Program-made: the position numbers and the translations under genes
The notes under the pieces: generated by a model
The model's database searches: none
The model's input: only the letters and a program-made list of their open reading frames with translations
Told to the model about the DNA's origin: nothing
In this document: positions 40,496 through 53,500 of the stretch, piece after piece
Layout: every line of letters begins with the position of its first letter
Position numbering within the stretch: position 1 is the stretch's first letter
NCBI RefSeq assembly: GCF_964355755.1
Contig: NC_092673.1
Coordinates: 28,207,648-28,271,647 of the forward strand
DNA from: Antedon mediterranea
Lineage: Eukaryota; Animalia; Echinodermata
Direction of reading: 5' to 3'
Length of the DNA: 64,000 nt

Positions 40496-41010
40496 ACAGT
40501 GTAATATAAAATATAATGTTTGCAGTGCATACAGATGATTGTAAAATATATATTTAAAACGAATAACATGCTTCAAGGAGGGATTTTATGGTTTGGACGA
40601 ATCCCTTTTCACAGTGAAGCCCCCTTTAAGTACTTTGTGTCCAAACCCCATTGTCCGATCCCAGCCACAGCCTTGATAACGCAATTATTTTTTAATTTAT
40701 TTTATATTATATATAATATATTTTTTTTTATTAATACCTAATAATTCTACTATATTGCGGTATACTGAATAAACAAAAATTACAAAGTAAAAATGATATT
40801 ATATTATTATAATATTAGCCCTCTATTATATTATTATAATATTACATTTATTATCATTAAAGTCGTGTGCATGGAGATGAATACGGTATTTATATGTCTA
40901 ATGATGATAATGGCATTAGAATATACAGAACATTGAAATACTGTAATAGGTTTCTTGCATTCAAACGCCTGTAGTGTGTGAACGTAAATTGTGGAAGCAA
41001 CAGGAGCCCT

Positions 41011-43949
41011 CTAGTGTTTGGAACCTCTGGTGAACTTTTGGTGTGCAGCCGAAAAATGATGTGCGGTCATTGCTGCGCTGACAGACAGTTCCCCGCCTAT
41101 GAGAACACCCATTATCACTTCAGCAAAAGCATCTCTGCTGTTCTTTTCGGGAAGTTGTAACATACTTAGACACGTCTAAAATACAAGGAAAAAATTCTGT
41201 TAAAATGTCACCGTACAAAACTTGTACAACTACAACGTATGATGCGAGAGAGAATTTTTTTTCTCGACATGTGACTATGCATACAAATTATCTTTCGCAG
41301 AAAACAAATGAATGCATATAAAAATTAAGTTTTAAACTTCCTTTAAACAGAACACAAGTTTAGGTCACTAAACTAACAAGGAAAACAAGCAAACAATCAT
41401 TTATAAATTAATTGTGCCAACAAAATTAATTAAACGGTACATACATTTTGAGAAGGCAGACCTGTGCCGCCTCCAATAGTTGCAACCATCATTGATGGAA
41501 TAGTTGAGCGTACCCGAATATCACCTTCTGGTGTTTTACTCATCTCTGTACTACCAACATGCGATTCGGCCACGCAAGCAACGTCTTGTCCGCATGCGAT
41601 ATAAATGGCGGCCAACGCATTAGAAGCATGGCATGTTATTCCTACATTATTAAAAAAAATGTTTAATAATTATATTGATTATTAGTAGTTAGATATTGTT
41701 TTTTAAAAAAAGCCAAAAGGGAGATTTTCTTCAAGAGTGGCGCTGAATACTTTTTCGTCGTACGACGCAGTCTGAGTTGGCCTTACTTTACCAGTAACAC
41801 CAGAAGACACAACATCGATGCGCGCGTAAAAAAGGTTTACATTATCATCTGGATTTAAATGCGCGCGTTAGTTAGTATCATTTTAGTAGGCTATCTGTGG
41901 TGTTACTGACAACGCATCATCGTCAATAACCATAGAATACACTGTGCATAACCTATCTTTTCACATTTATCATGATCAATTATTTGCACAAGTTACATTC
42001 AAGTGTTTATCTATATAAGGAATATACATACAAAATAAACACTATTTAGACCTTGTTCAGACACGAGATAAGGTCACTTTCGATTGTATAATATAATGTG
42101 TATAACTCTATGGTGTCAACACAATTTGCTTTAGTCACAAGACATTAACGATAAAGTACAAACATTAGGCAGTACATATTGAACTTTTGAGGGGGAAAAA
42201 TGTATGCAATGCGCAATGTAATAGTATTCCAACGGTAATGAATAATTTAACGTGGGATGTATTCAAGGGAATGTCACGTAACGTAAAAATAATACTACTT
42301 TTTTAAAGAATGATTGAAACTTGCCTTTCACTCCTTGCATGTACTGACTAACCATCACTGATTCACTCAAAATAGTCAAATTTTCAACTTGTAAATAGAA
42401 TATAAGTATTAATCAGAAATGTTAGTTGAATACAGGTATAGTTGAAAAACTGAAAGGACACAAATCAAATTGTTGCAAACGGAAGTGTTTGTCGAAGATA
42501 ATCCATGGACATATTAAACACATTATTTCATTTGTCCATTTTAATCTAAAAAAATATAATTCTGTGACTGGGTGTCAATGGAGATACAAATAAAATAAGT
42601 ACTGAAAAAATGACAATGCTGTGGGTATCAGTGGCTGGATCTCAATATGGAGATACAAATAAAATAAGCACTGAAAAAATGACAATGCTGTGGGTATCAG
42701 TGGCTGGATCTCAATGGAGAGATACAAATAAAATGTGGGTATGGGGTGGGTATCAGCCAAATAAAAATAAACTAAAACAATCACAAATAAATTTCAGAGC
42801 TTTTTAACACTAACCTTTTTCAATGCAAGTGAGAGTATACTTGGAGATAGTAAAAAAATAATAATTTTATTTGATATATGCCTACTTTGAAACAAAATGC
42901 ATAATATGTATATCGAAGACTACCTGTTGTTCTTAAAATCTGTTCAACATCATCTTTAGGACAGATAACTTCACCAGTGACGTAAAAACTCCTTGAATTC
43001 GTAAAAGGCCCACTGTTATGACTAAACCCAACTGCGTTAAGCCACCATTTCTGTGGTTGAACAGGTGCTTCTTGAAGTAGCTCTCTAATAGCCACATTGG
43101 CAGCAGTTGTGCTTCTATAGCCTGGTTCAGCAGAAACGTTTTCACTTTCGTACACAAACTTAGTGAGCACTTTATTACCGTGTAAAGTAGCTGATGTGTG
43201 TTTTAACTTGCCATGTCTGTTAGTAGTTTCTGCAGCCTTCTTAACCATATCAAATATCTCGGGACAATTAAACCACTGGAAAAAGTTGTTTGCATCAGAT
43301 ATGTTTCCGAAATAGAATTCTGGAGACAATAGAACAGGTTTCTCAATGACAACGGTATTGACGCCTCCACAAGCACTGACCATTTTGCAGCCTCTTGAGT
43401 AGGAGGCTACTAACGCAGCTTCAGTTGTAGCCATGGGGACAGAGTAAGATCCCCTGGCGTACATACCATTTACGTCGACGTTGACAACTCCAATTGGAAT
43501 CTTCACGGTTCCAATATACTTCTCAATGTTCTGTGTGTATACATCATCTTTGTGTACATCGTCCAAAGCTGTTAGATCGAACGTTTCCAGATTGTTAATA
43601 TACCTCTGACGGTTCAACGTTGCACCACTGGTGTTATCGCCAACCAAATTTGGTTTGTTTCTATAATTAAAAGGGTACAATACAGTGGTTTTTTTATGGG
43701 TTTATTTATATATATTTTTTAGAACAATTTGCAAAACTTTCATGGCGCAATTTGTAAAACTCACGATTGGATTGTCGCAGGATTCTTGGATTCTTTAGAG
43801 GTCATACAACCATCATTATGATGTCCATTACTGGTGTGCCTCAAAAAGGTCATATATCTCCTAGGAAGATGACACGAAACCAGCTTTCGCAAACTAAATA
43901 ACTTTGACATAATCTGTTTCGTAAAAAGTGTAAATACATTTGATGACAT
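41011..43949 (-). CDS. Divergent soluble class I HMG-CoA reductase-like protein with putative mitochondrial leader; exons 43765-43949, 42924-43660, 41792-41848, 41445-41641, 41011-41175
   Basis: NIEKYIGTVKIPIG, VPMATTEAALVASYSRG, HASNALAAIYIACGQDVACVAES, VATIGGGTGLP, GGELS, C-terminal AAH; five exons join in frame; no membrane or sterol-sensing domain. Confidence 0.88.
42575..42735. repeat. Short array of the 67-bp minisatellite family
   Basis: About 2.4 copies of the 16945-17737 unit. Confidence 0.9.
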
Positions 43950-44097
43950 TACATTATAACACTTTCATTTATGATACAGTATCAATCAAATATATTTTTC
44001 ATGTAGGTCTTTTCTAATGCTTTATTTTCAGTCGTATTGGCATTAAAGCAGCTAGTATACCTAGAAACTCATTCCTACCGAGGCTAGTGTACTGTTA

Positions 44098-44128
<31 letters not shown>
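44098..44128. repeat. (TCTCGG)5 microsatellite upstream of the HMGR-like gene
   Basis: Read directly from sequence. Confidence 0.9.
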
Positions 44129-46042
44129 TGAAAATTGTTCTCGTTTACTAATTATACATGCTAAGCCTAGACCATATTATAACTTATGACGGATAAGAAA
44201 GTTTTATTTTTTTATAATTCTATACCAATTATTTTGTGCCTTAATTTAAAACCAATCCATGCCTATATTTTGTTCCCGTAACAAAGGAAATGAAATGTTA
44301 GGCCTATGCCTTTTATAATAAAACCCTTATATGCGTCGCATTGGGGTTTGTTTTAAAAAAATACCTGTAAATGCTGTAAATATACAATATTGTGAATCCT
44401 TGAGTTTAGAAAAAGACGGTTAGTAGGCCTCCGAGTAAGTCGAACTAGATAAACTACCCTCGAGTAGACGAATAGAGTGAGTATACGTCGTATTTGCCTT
44501 GCTACATTTAGATTATCAGATATCGAGTATGTTTCTAAGCCAATAATATGTCTTGTTACGCAATGCTGGTTTTAACCTTAATACTGGATGTACATGGATT
44601 ATAGTACAGCAACTAAAAGCGAGGCCTATACAATGCGAATTCAGTTTAAATGATATTAAATATGTTTAAAAAAACCTTAATAAAAGTTGAAATCACACTT
44701 AAAATGTTGAATGATTGCACCGAATTTCGAATTAAAATAACTATAGTGAGTTTAATGAATAGGCAAACTGCCTTAAAATGTGACATGTTTCGAAAAACTA
44801 TTCTCATAATCAGAACAGAAAATAACGCCTAGAGTACTTATATATCAATAGGACAGGTTGTATGTAAATGAGGAAGTAATTAGCATAACATTTTTTTACA
44901 ATCAGATATTGTTTAGTCGCACTAAAAAATAATTGATATAGCTCATTGTTGTGAAATATGTTTTATTATGTTCAAAAATCAATACACGTGACACTTGTTG
45001 ACGGACTTGTATCAATTGGAATCCACTCGCATCGATTACTATAAAAATATAATGTTGATATAAAGTTTGCGGTACACCTCGTATTCAATTCTCAAAAGAA
45101 CTGTTGAGTTTCTATTTATAATGTATTGTTTCGATATAGAGGGAGATCCAGGATAATAATAACTCTCTGGCGGTGAACTATGATGCGTTCTGTGTTCAAG
45201 CCATGTCACGTGTACTGAGCAATACGTTTCGGCCTTGTGGGGGGCGGTAATGAGGCTATAAGTCGGTTATTCCCTTGTACCCATCAAAGACCAGTATTGG
45301 TTAGAATTTACCTCCCACATAGTCTGAAAATACCGTTTTCATCTTTTACTAACAAACCATGGAGTTAATTATATTTCTTCATGACACTTTAGGTAGACCT
45401 ACTGGTAATAATTCAAAAGCAGAATAATATGACGAACGCTCTGTCCTGGTGATGTAGGTGGTGGTGGTGGTAGTAGTCCTGTGAGTTAGCGCTGCCTGTT
45501 TGAATGGGAATAATTAACACGAAGTTTAATTCACATTCACAATGAAGACATGGAGTGATTAAGGTATAATGATGATATACAGTATTTATCTTTATTTCAC
45601 CATTGATTGTATTCTTATAAGATTGGTTACCGAAGCAAATAAGGCAATTAATAAGCATTGTTAGGGTGATCGATTGGGACCCGTAAACGGTGATTGAGGC
45701 TGCTTGGTAACCAAGGCCAGGATTACAATCAGACTCGGGTGGTCGATACTTGAAGCAGGTTAATTTTCCTGATCATTTATTCTTTAGATTAGGCTTACGT
45801 AACCTGCTGTTTTTACAGGTGGCTGGAAATTTACTTCATCGCATAGGCTAATGACGATTTCGTAGCTCTGAGGAAATTATAAGGCTTGCAATCGATCTTG
45901 TGGGCTAAAATGAGTCTAGAAATGGAATTGGAATTATTCATTATCTTGGTTGAAACTATCTTGAAGCTGCTATCTGCAACCTCCTGAATTTACTGTAGGC
46001 TCTATTTTATACTGAAATCATAGTTACAGCCAAGTTTTCAAA

Positions 46043-48087
46043 ATGGTTGCAAAACTATGCAGATTATCAAAACGTTGTGAGCGAGATTTGTCACAAGAAT
46101 TGATGGCAGTAGACGAAGAACTAGCGTCGCTAGACACCCTCGGATCTGACTCAGTAAAAACGCACTTCAATTGTTTCGAGTTGTGTGGATGGATTTTGAA
46201 TGAACGAATAAGTTACCGTAAAACGCACGTAACGAATCGCGCGGCACTGAAACCGCTAGAAGCCAGGCACAATTTCCTTGGTTACGGGTCGACGCCACAG
46301 ATAGATTACAATTTTCACCATTATAGCAATCTTAGAAAATATATTGAACAATACAGACGGTATAATACATGTTCTGGGCCGCTCAGAAGTATGACTGAAT
46401 CGGGTGATCATAAACGATACAAAACACTTTATTATACAGATGATCCATCATGCAACAAGTCAATTAAATTGGAATCAACAGGACGTAAGTCTAGACACTG
46501 CAATACCAAGTTGTCTCACTATCGCGAAATGCCAACTAACTTAGACGAGACACCACTCTCTAACGATTTACTTAAGAAACAATTATCTATGGGATCCATA
46601 GCAGTGGATGTTCTTCGACATCATGCAGTAAACCAGGCGAATTCGTACGGTGCTAATACTCAGGATATCCCCGTTATCAACATGATTCGACGTAATTTGA
46701 ATCTTACTCCGGGAGGAACAACTCCCGCTCGTCCCCAGTTGCCATACTTCCCAACCCAGACGCCGAAGTTGTCGAGTCGTCACACAATTCTTCATAATCG
46801 AGCACTCGGGTAAGGTTAAAATTCACTTATCTAAAAGCAATGAGTATATTGAGTATGGACAGGAGCAGTCTTTATTGGCGTGTGCACACATATTTCTTTA
46901 ACTTTGTTGATATCTATCTTCGTTGGTTTGGTTGTGACTTTTCACTTTGTTTGTTGTGATTTTCAGTTATTTCTCGGATCGATCGAAGACCATAGACTTA
47001 CAGAAGCGTGTAATGTTCCTACGACTTGCATTCGAACGACGCTAATGAGTAAGTTGCGTGACGTAATCTAATCACGTGCACCGTTTTTACGCCTACGTCG
47101 TTCACGCACTTTTTTGCACTTTCAATTGGTTGGTATTTTATATCCAGGGGCGGATCCAGGGTGAGCTCTAACCGGGCTTTTGAAATAAAAATGAAATTAT
47201 GAACTACGGTATACTTTTGATAAATTTTTGGAAGATTATAATTTATTATATGTTAGCCCTCTCCGTTTAAAAAAAAAATCATGGATCCTCCCCTGATCTC
47301 TTATTACCTTTTGAATAATATAATACTATAAAGAAACTTACAACCTGTTGGCGCATAAAGATATTTAGAAAATACAATATAGAATAAGTTTAAAACGAAA
47401 GGAGGTCATTTTTATGCGCCTCCTGAATTAATTGCAGATTGTTTGGAAACACACCCGGAATTGTACGCAGACAAACTCCTTCGCATCCGTACGATCTGTA
47501 CTCTCGACTCGTTAACGCTGTCACGTATTTACGCGCTGTCAAGGAAAAGGTAAGTTGAGGAAAAATAAGATAGCAGTTTTTATGGGGAAAATAAGATAGC
47601 AGTTTTTATGGGGAAAATAAGGGACCGAAAATCGACGACCGTGATTGACGTGTCGTCGGTCGTCGTCTGGACTTAGAAACCACCAAAACTATGAGGAACT
47701 TTCCCGCGTACTCACAATGAATCAGAATTAACATGACAGTCGTCGTAAATCGAAAACTCCTTTCAGTCTTCACTTTCTGATTTATTTTCACATGTTATTT
47801 TTCTTTAGGACTTTCAAATGTTAAACGACAGCTTAATTCCCATACGAAGCAAATCGCCAAACTTGAGTCAAGTTTGGATCCGTGGAAAACGATTTCTAAC
47901 TCCAGGATTAGTTGATGAAGAAGGAGAACTTTCAGCAGATTGGTGTTTACCTCCACTACCAAAACAAAAATCCCCGACAAGTCACCATATAGGAGTGAAG
48001 CTGCCAGTGTTTATGCGAAGGAGGAGGCAGACCGCGCGACAAACGATACCGACGACTGAAAGTATTCGTCAAGGGGATAACTTTTGA
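46043..48087 (+). CDS. Uncharacterised ~385-aa protein; exons 46043-46809, 47438-47549, 47809-48087
   Basis: 256-codon ORF ends at a phase-2 GT donor; the next two AG/GT-bounded exons continue in frame (GLFGNTPG...KEK|DFQMLNDS...); probable 5' UTR intron 45759-45819. Confidence 0.72.
47145..47295. mobile_element. Short hAT-like MITE
   Basis: caggggcggatcca ... tggatcctcccctg; related fragments at ~22957 and ~55674. Confidence 0.6.
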
Positions 48088-50571
48088 AAGATGACGGAAG
48101 GTCGTGGAATAGCAGAGAGATATCAAACACTCCGGTATACCTATTACCCGTTAATACATTTATATAATAACATTTAATTAAATACGTTGTTTAATATTTA
48201 TTTGTTATTATTTGATAATTTTTTCAGATATGGCTTGACTGCAACGAAAGTATTTCATCTGGTTCTGCTGGTATCAGAGGATAACATAAAGTAGTCGTAC
48301 AAGGGTGTAACATCAATGACGTCACTTTCTCCGTGTTTGTTCAATTTCGCATGACGTGCCTTGGCAATCGAACTTTGAAAAAAAAAACGAAAAAAAAACT
48401 GAACCAATAAGCGTATTAAATAGGCCTACATTAGATCCTCCTATTCAGGGGACACTTTCCCGTGAAACAAACGAAGACAAGATATTCACTATTGATTCAA
48501 CAGACATCCCTAAAAACTGTCGAAAACATTGTGTTGGTTCCCAAAGTCGTCCCCATAATTATGTACTATATTAAAAACATTTCATATATTGGATTACTAA
48601 TTAAGAGACATTAATTTATTGCAAATATTTCAATTCTAGAATATTGAATTCAGTATGTCTACAGACTTGGTAGTTTCGTCTATTTACTTACACTACCATG
48701 CAACACAATATAAATTGCTATTTCACTTCACATTGTAACTTTGAATTGAAATACGATGTTTGTGTGTTCACACACACGCAACCGAACAACCGGTGAGCGG
48801 TAATTTTAAATATAAATTGTCACCATGCGTTCTTAAAAAATAATTTTAAAAAAAAACATATTTAAACAAACATAATAATTAATATATGGCTGCTTCTCGT
48901 CCATTAGAAAACCAACAAAAATTTAAATTTGAAACATAAGCGGCCATATTGGCGTAATAGAGCCACACATTTTTGATTCATCACACCAACATCCACCAGG
49001 CATGTTTATGCCCTCAGCTAGGCCTAGACTAGATAGGCATACATAATATGTCAGGGCGATGGAGGCATGTATACAGTAGAACAGGCTATGCACCCAATAC
49101 AGATTTTGATACAGGCCCTAGGCCTAGCTTAACATACCTTCTCTTCAAAGTTCGACAGTAGTACTGTTAGGCCTATGTTATTTCCTGTGGTAGTCACAAG
49201 AGGCCATTGAGCCTTGTTGTCGGTTTTGCTTGTCTATAATTTTCTTCGAATTATTAAAATCAATTTATTTATATCAAGGAGTGAGATGGTAAACTCCGGG
49301 GTTGGTAAACTGTGCGCGTGTATTAATTGTTGTTGTCCGCCACAACAATTTTGACAAACGTTCGGATTGGTTGAATTTCTGAAGATTCAACCAATCGGAA
49401 TTAACATGTCTACAACGTAGGGCAGTGCGTACTACGTCTCACGTGACAATCTACTACAGAATTGTATACAATTTATGACTATACATTTTATGTCTACACT
49501 ATCATACTAGTTTGACAAAAAAAGTGTGATGTGCGCCCAAATATGGTAGTGCTATTCCTAAATATGGTAGTGCTATAACATCACCATGTCCATATATACT
49601 GTAGGCCCAACAAATTTTTCTTTGATAGTGTAGACAGGGCTTTAGGTCAAACCAGTGTATGCAATGCAGCATGTCGTTTTAAGTTATTACTTTATACAAT
49701 CCATAACATGATCCTATAATTGTTATTTAATCCTTACACAATTCGTGTATTCAATCTAATTAAATATGCAACAGAATATACGATTACTATACTATATACC
49801 AGTCTGTGCTTGTTAATGTCTAAAATGATGGAAAATACCAGCCTTTAGGGCATGTTGAGTTAAGTTAAATATACAGCAGTAAAAGTAAAAAGTTATTGAA
49901 TAATAATTTAATAAAAATTCCTTGCACCTCAATTGTTAAATTCATTGAATATACAATGAAACATGTAGGAATTTCCTCCATAGAATAACTATTCAAATAT
50001 TATTCAGTACTGACAATTAACTGGCAGTGGTCGTAATCTCAAATTCAATTTCATAATTAATGTATATCACAATCTAGGGCACACGCCATACAAAACACAA
50101 GGGTGCAAACCTATGCAAATTCCAATTAATTATTTTGGTAATAAATACAATAAAAGTTAATTCATAAATTAATACGTTTTTTTTTAAATATTATTTATTT
50201 ATACCGGGTGATCTTTTCAGTAAAACACTGTTCTCCCAGAGGGCCCAGTCATGATCAGTGGCTGTGATGCACTAGTACACCGGAGTAACCCCCTATTCGT
50301 CTCGGTGATGTGTATTTTTTATAGATTGAATATATAAATTATACAATAATATTATCAATTACAATATCTGTAGTTCATTTAACTCTACTGAAACTGTTCA
50401 ATTATGTCTGCGAAAATTAAATAATAATAATAAAGTATGCATTGTTTGAACACAAACTAAATGCACAACTTCTGAAGTCAATCTGTTTCTTGACATATTA
50501 TTATCATACATTGATCTTGTTCTGAAGACAAAAATGTCATTATTGTTATACCACGATGAGTGAATAACCAT

Positions 50572-53500
50572 TTACACATTACTGCCATCTGAACCAATCA
50601 AATTAGTACCAATTGTGACATCATTAGTGACATCATCCATGCATTTCTGCGTATTTTCTTGGGTAATTGTTGTTTCAGGATTTTTGTCAAGATCCGTTTT
50701 TCTCTTCGATGATGTTTCTTTGAACGTTCGTGGCAAACTGCTCGACTTTTGATGAATATCTTGTAAATTAACCTTGGCTCTTGGTTCTACGGGTCTAAAA
50801 GGCGATGTCGCGCTAAAAGTAATCGGCGGACTAGACAGAATCTGGTTGGGTAGATTTTCAGCTTTGCACGGAATCTCCATTTTGCGTTCATTTAACGATT
50901 GTCTCATTCTATCAAAGTCTATATTTAGAGTTGTATCTTCTTTCAAAGAGCACTTTCTTGATGATCGTGAGTCTGTGCCGCCTGGACTGTCGGGTTTCGT
51001 CCACGACTGTATAGCATTGTCGATGGCCTCTTCGCTGTTCGGAACATGCTGTAGTCGTTCTTGTGCAAACATCTCTGGTGTGCTAGCGCCAGATGTCAGA
51101 TTACTTGTGCGTGATATGTTACTTTGTCGTCTGTTTAATGATTTACTAGATTCCGATGAATCTCCTTGCAGTTCAATTATCTGCTTTTGAAGTTTAAAAA
51201 ACCATGATTCCTGTCTTTGAATAATTTTCTTGAATGAAGTGACCCTGAATTCCATGGCCTGCAAAATGCAACAAAAACAGCATTTAAGTCCAGAGGTGAG
51301 AATTATCAAACAAGCTTAGCAAAAACAACAATTTTGAAGTAATTATCATTTTGATAATAATCAAAACAAATTATGTTGATATACTTTATCTTAGATGAGT
51401 CCTTTCCATAATATAAAAGATATATAAAATAATAAATTACACAATTATATTGACTTTAGCAAAAGAGATAAATGCCAGCCCATGGCACTATCCTCTATCT
51501 TAAATTCAAAAGCTTTGTCTACACTATAACAAAAAGTGTGATGTGCCCAAATATGGTGGTGACATGTTCAAATATGGTAGTGATACAAAATCATCATGTC
51601 CATATATGGGCACATCACATTTTTTGTCACATAAAGTTTGATAGTGTAGACAAGGCTTTAGATCGCAAATCCTTTCTATAATATAAAAATAACTGGTTTG
51701 ATAAATAAAGCCTCAGTTTAAGCACTTCTTAACTAGATTGACTTAGGCAAAGCAACCAAATTGATAAATGTCAACCGAGGGCTTAATTTTCAGCAAAAAC
51801 TTCAGCAGTATTTTCTTCTTACCTTCATTTTGGCCTTTGAGAGACTTTTAACACTTTCAAGGTAACGTTTCTGCTCAACAATTGATAATTCCTTAAGTAT
51901 AAGAACAATTGTGAATTTATATGAAGTATTGATAAAGAAAATGCAAAAATGTTATTCAAAAGTCTGAACGAATTTGTATTCTTAGAAGCTTTGGACACTT
52001 AATTATAAGTAAGTAGTAATATGATACTACATAAATTAAAATTAACTGGAGGACACAATTTATCAAAGGAGTGGCCGAGGGGTTACGCTAGGGGCACTGC
52101 AAACCACAACAATAATATTAGCACAGGTAATGTACAATGCTCTCATCATCATATAGTTTTGGTAGTAGCAGTACAATCATATCTATTGTTAAAGGCTTTG
52201 ATAAAAGTCCTATATAATGTTAAGCTCTGTCTACACTATCAAACTTTATGTGACAAAAAAATGTGATGATCATGTCATATACTACAATATTTAGGCATAT
52301 CACACTTTTTTTGTCAAACTAGTTTGATAGTGTAAACATATTTTATTAAAGCTTTCTCACTTGTTGTTCTCTAGCCTGTTCCAGCTCTGCTATCCTTGCT
52401 TTTGCAGCTTCTAATTGCAAAGTCTTCTGTTTACATGTGTCTGACAAATCTGAAAAAAAGAAAATAATACTGCAACAGTTTACATTTGGGTCATAGTTCA
52501 ATTCCCATCGCTGCTCTCATATTATTGCAACCAGTGGCTAAATTCCCCATTCACACTTAGGCTGAAGCCTTGTCTACACTTTTAAACTGACAAAAAATGT
52601 GATGTGCCCATATATGGACATGATGTCATATCACTACCATATTTAAGTATATCACTACCATATTTAGGCACATCACACTATTTTTGTCAAACTAGTTTGA
52701 TAGTGTAGACAGAGCTTTAGGGAACAATTACCCTTTAAAAAAATCTCCTATTTAAATGAATATAATGTAAGGAAAATAATTATTAGTGAAATACCTAATA
52801 TTTATGAGAAATATCTCACTTAAGTGTGATTGGTGAATATGGTCACAGAACTCTACAGACTTTTGTGGGGCAACCTGTGTGTAATAACATGTTAAGTACT
52901 TACTATAAAGCTCCCTTCTTGATGCTTTCTTATACATTTGTAGTTCTTCCTTACCCTGCTCACTTTCCCTCTCATCATCCACTCTCTCCTGGTATTTCAT
53001 GTTCACTTCACCCATTAATAACAATTGACGATTCAGAAAATTTACCTGCATAATTGAATTGTATATAATAACTTATAACTAAAATAAATAAAATACTTTT
53101 TTTTAGTGATCATAAATTTAAATAACAGCAGAAAACTTGGTTATATCTATTATCAGAGAATCCAGCAGGCATGCCACCTGCCCTCCTAAATTTAGAAAAT
53201 GACAGTGCAAAATATAGGACTTCATTTCACAATTTGGACACACCCCTCCCCTGTTTCAAAGTCAGTCACTGATCCAGGACTAGCACACAAACAAGGTACT
53301 GTATAGTGTTCAAATGACCAGTTGTGAGAATAGGCTAAAGCCCAAACAGATTCTGCACTCACTCCGTACATAACACAAATCACAATTATGTTAATTCTCT
53401 AAATATTGATCTCGATGTTTCTTCTTTTTTTTCTCATATTTCTCGTCACAAATTTGATCTTCTATTCAGGCCACCCTTTGCTCGAACTGTCTGTTTTCAA

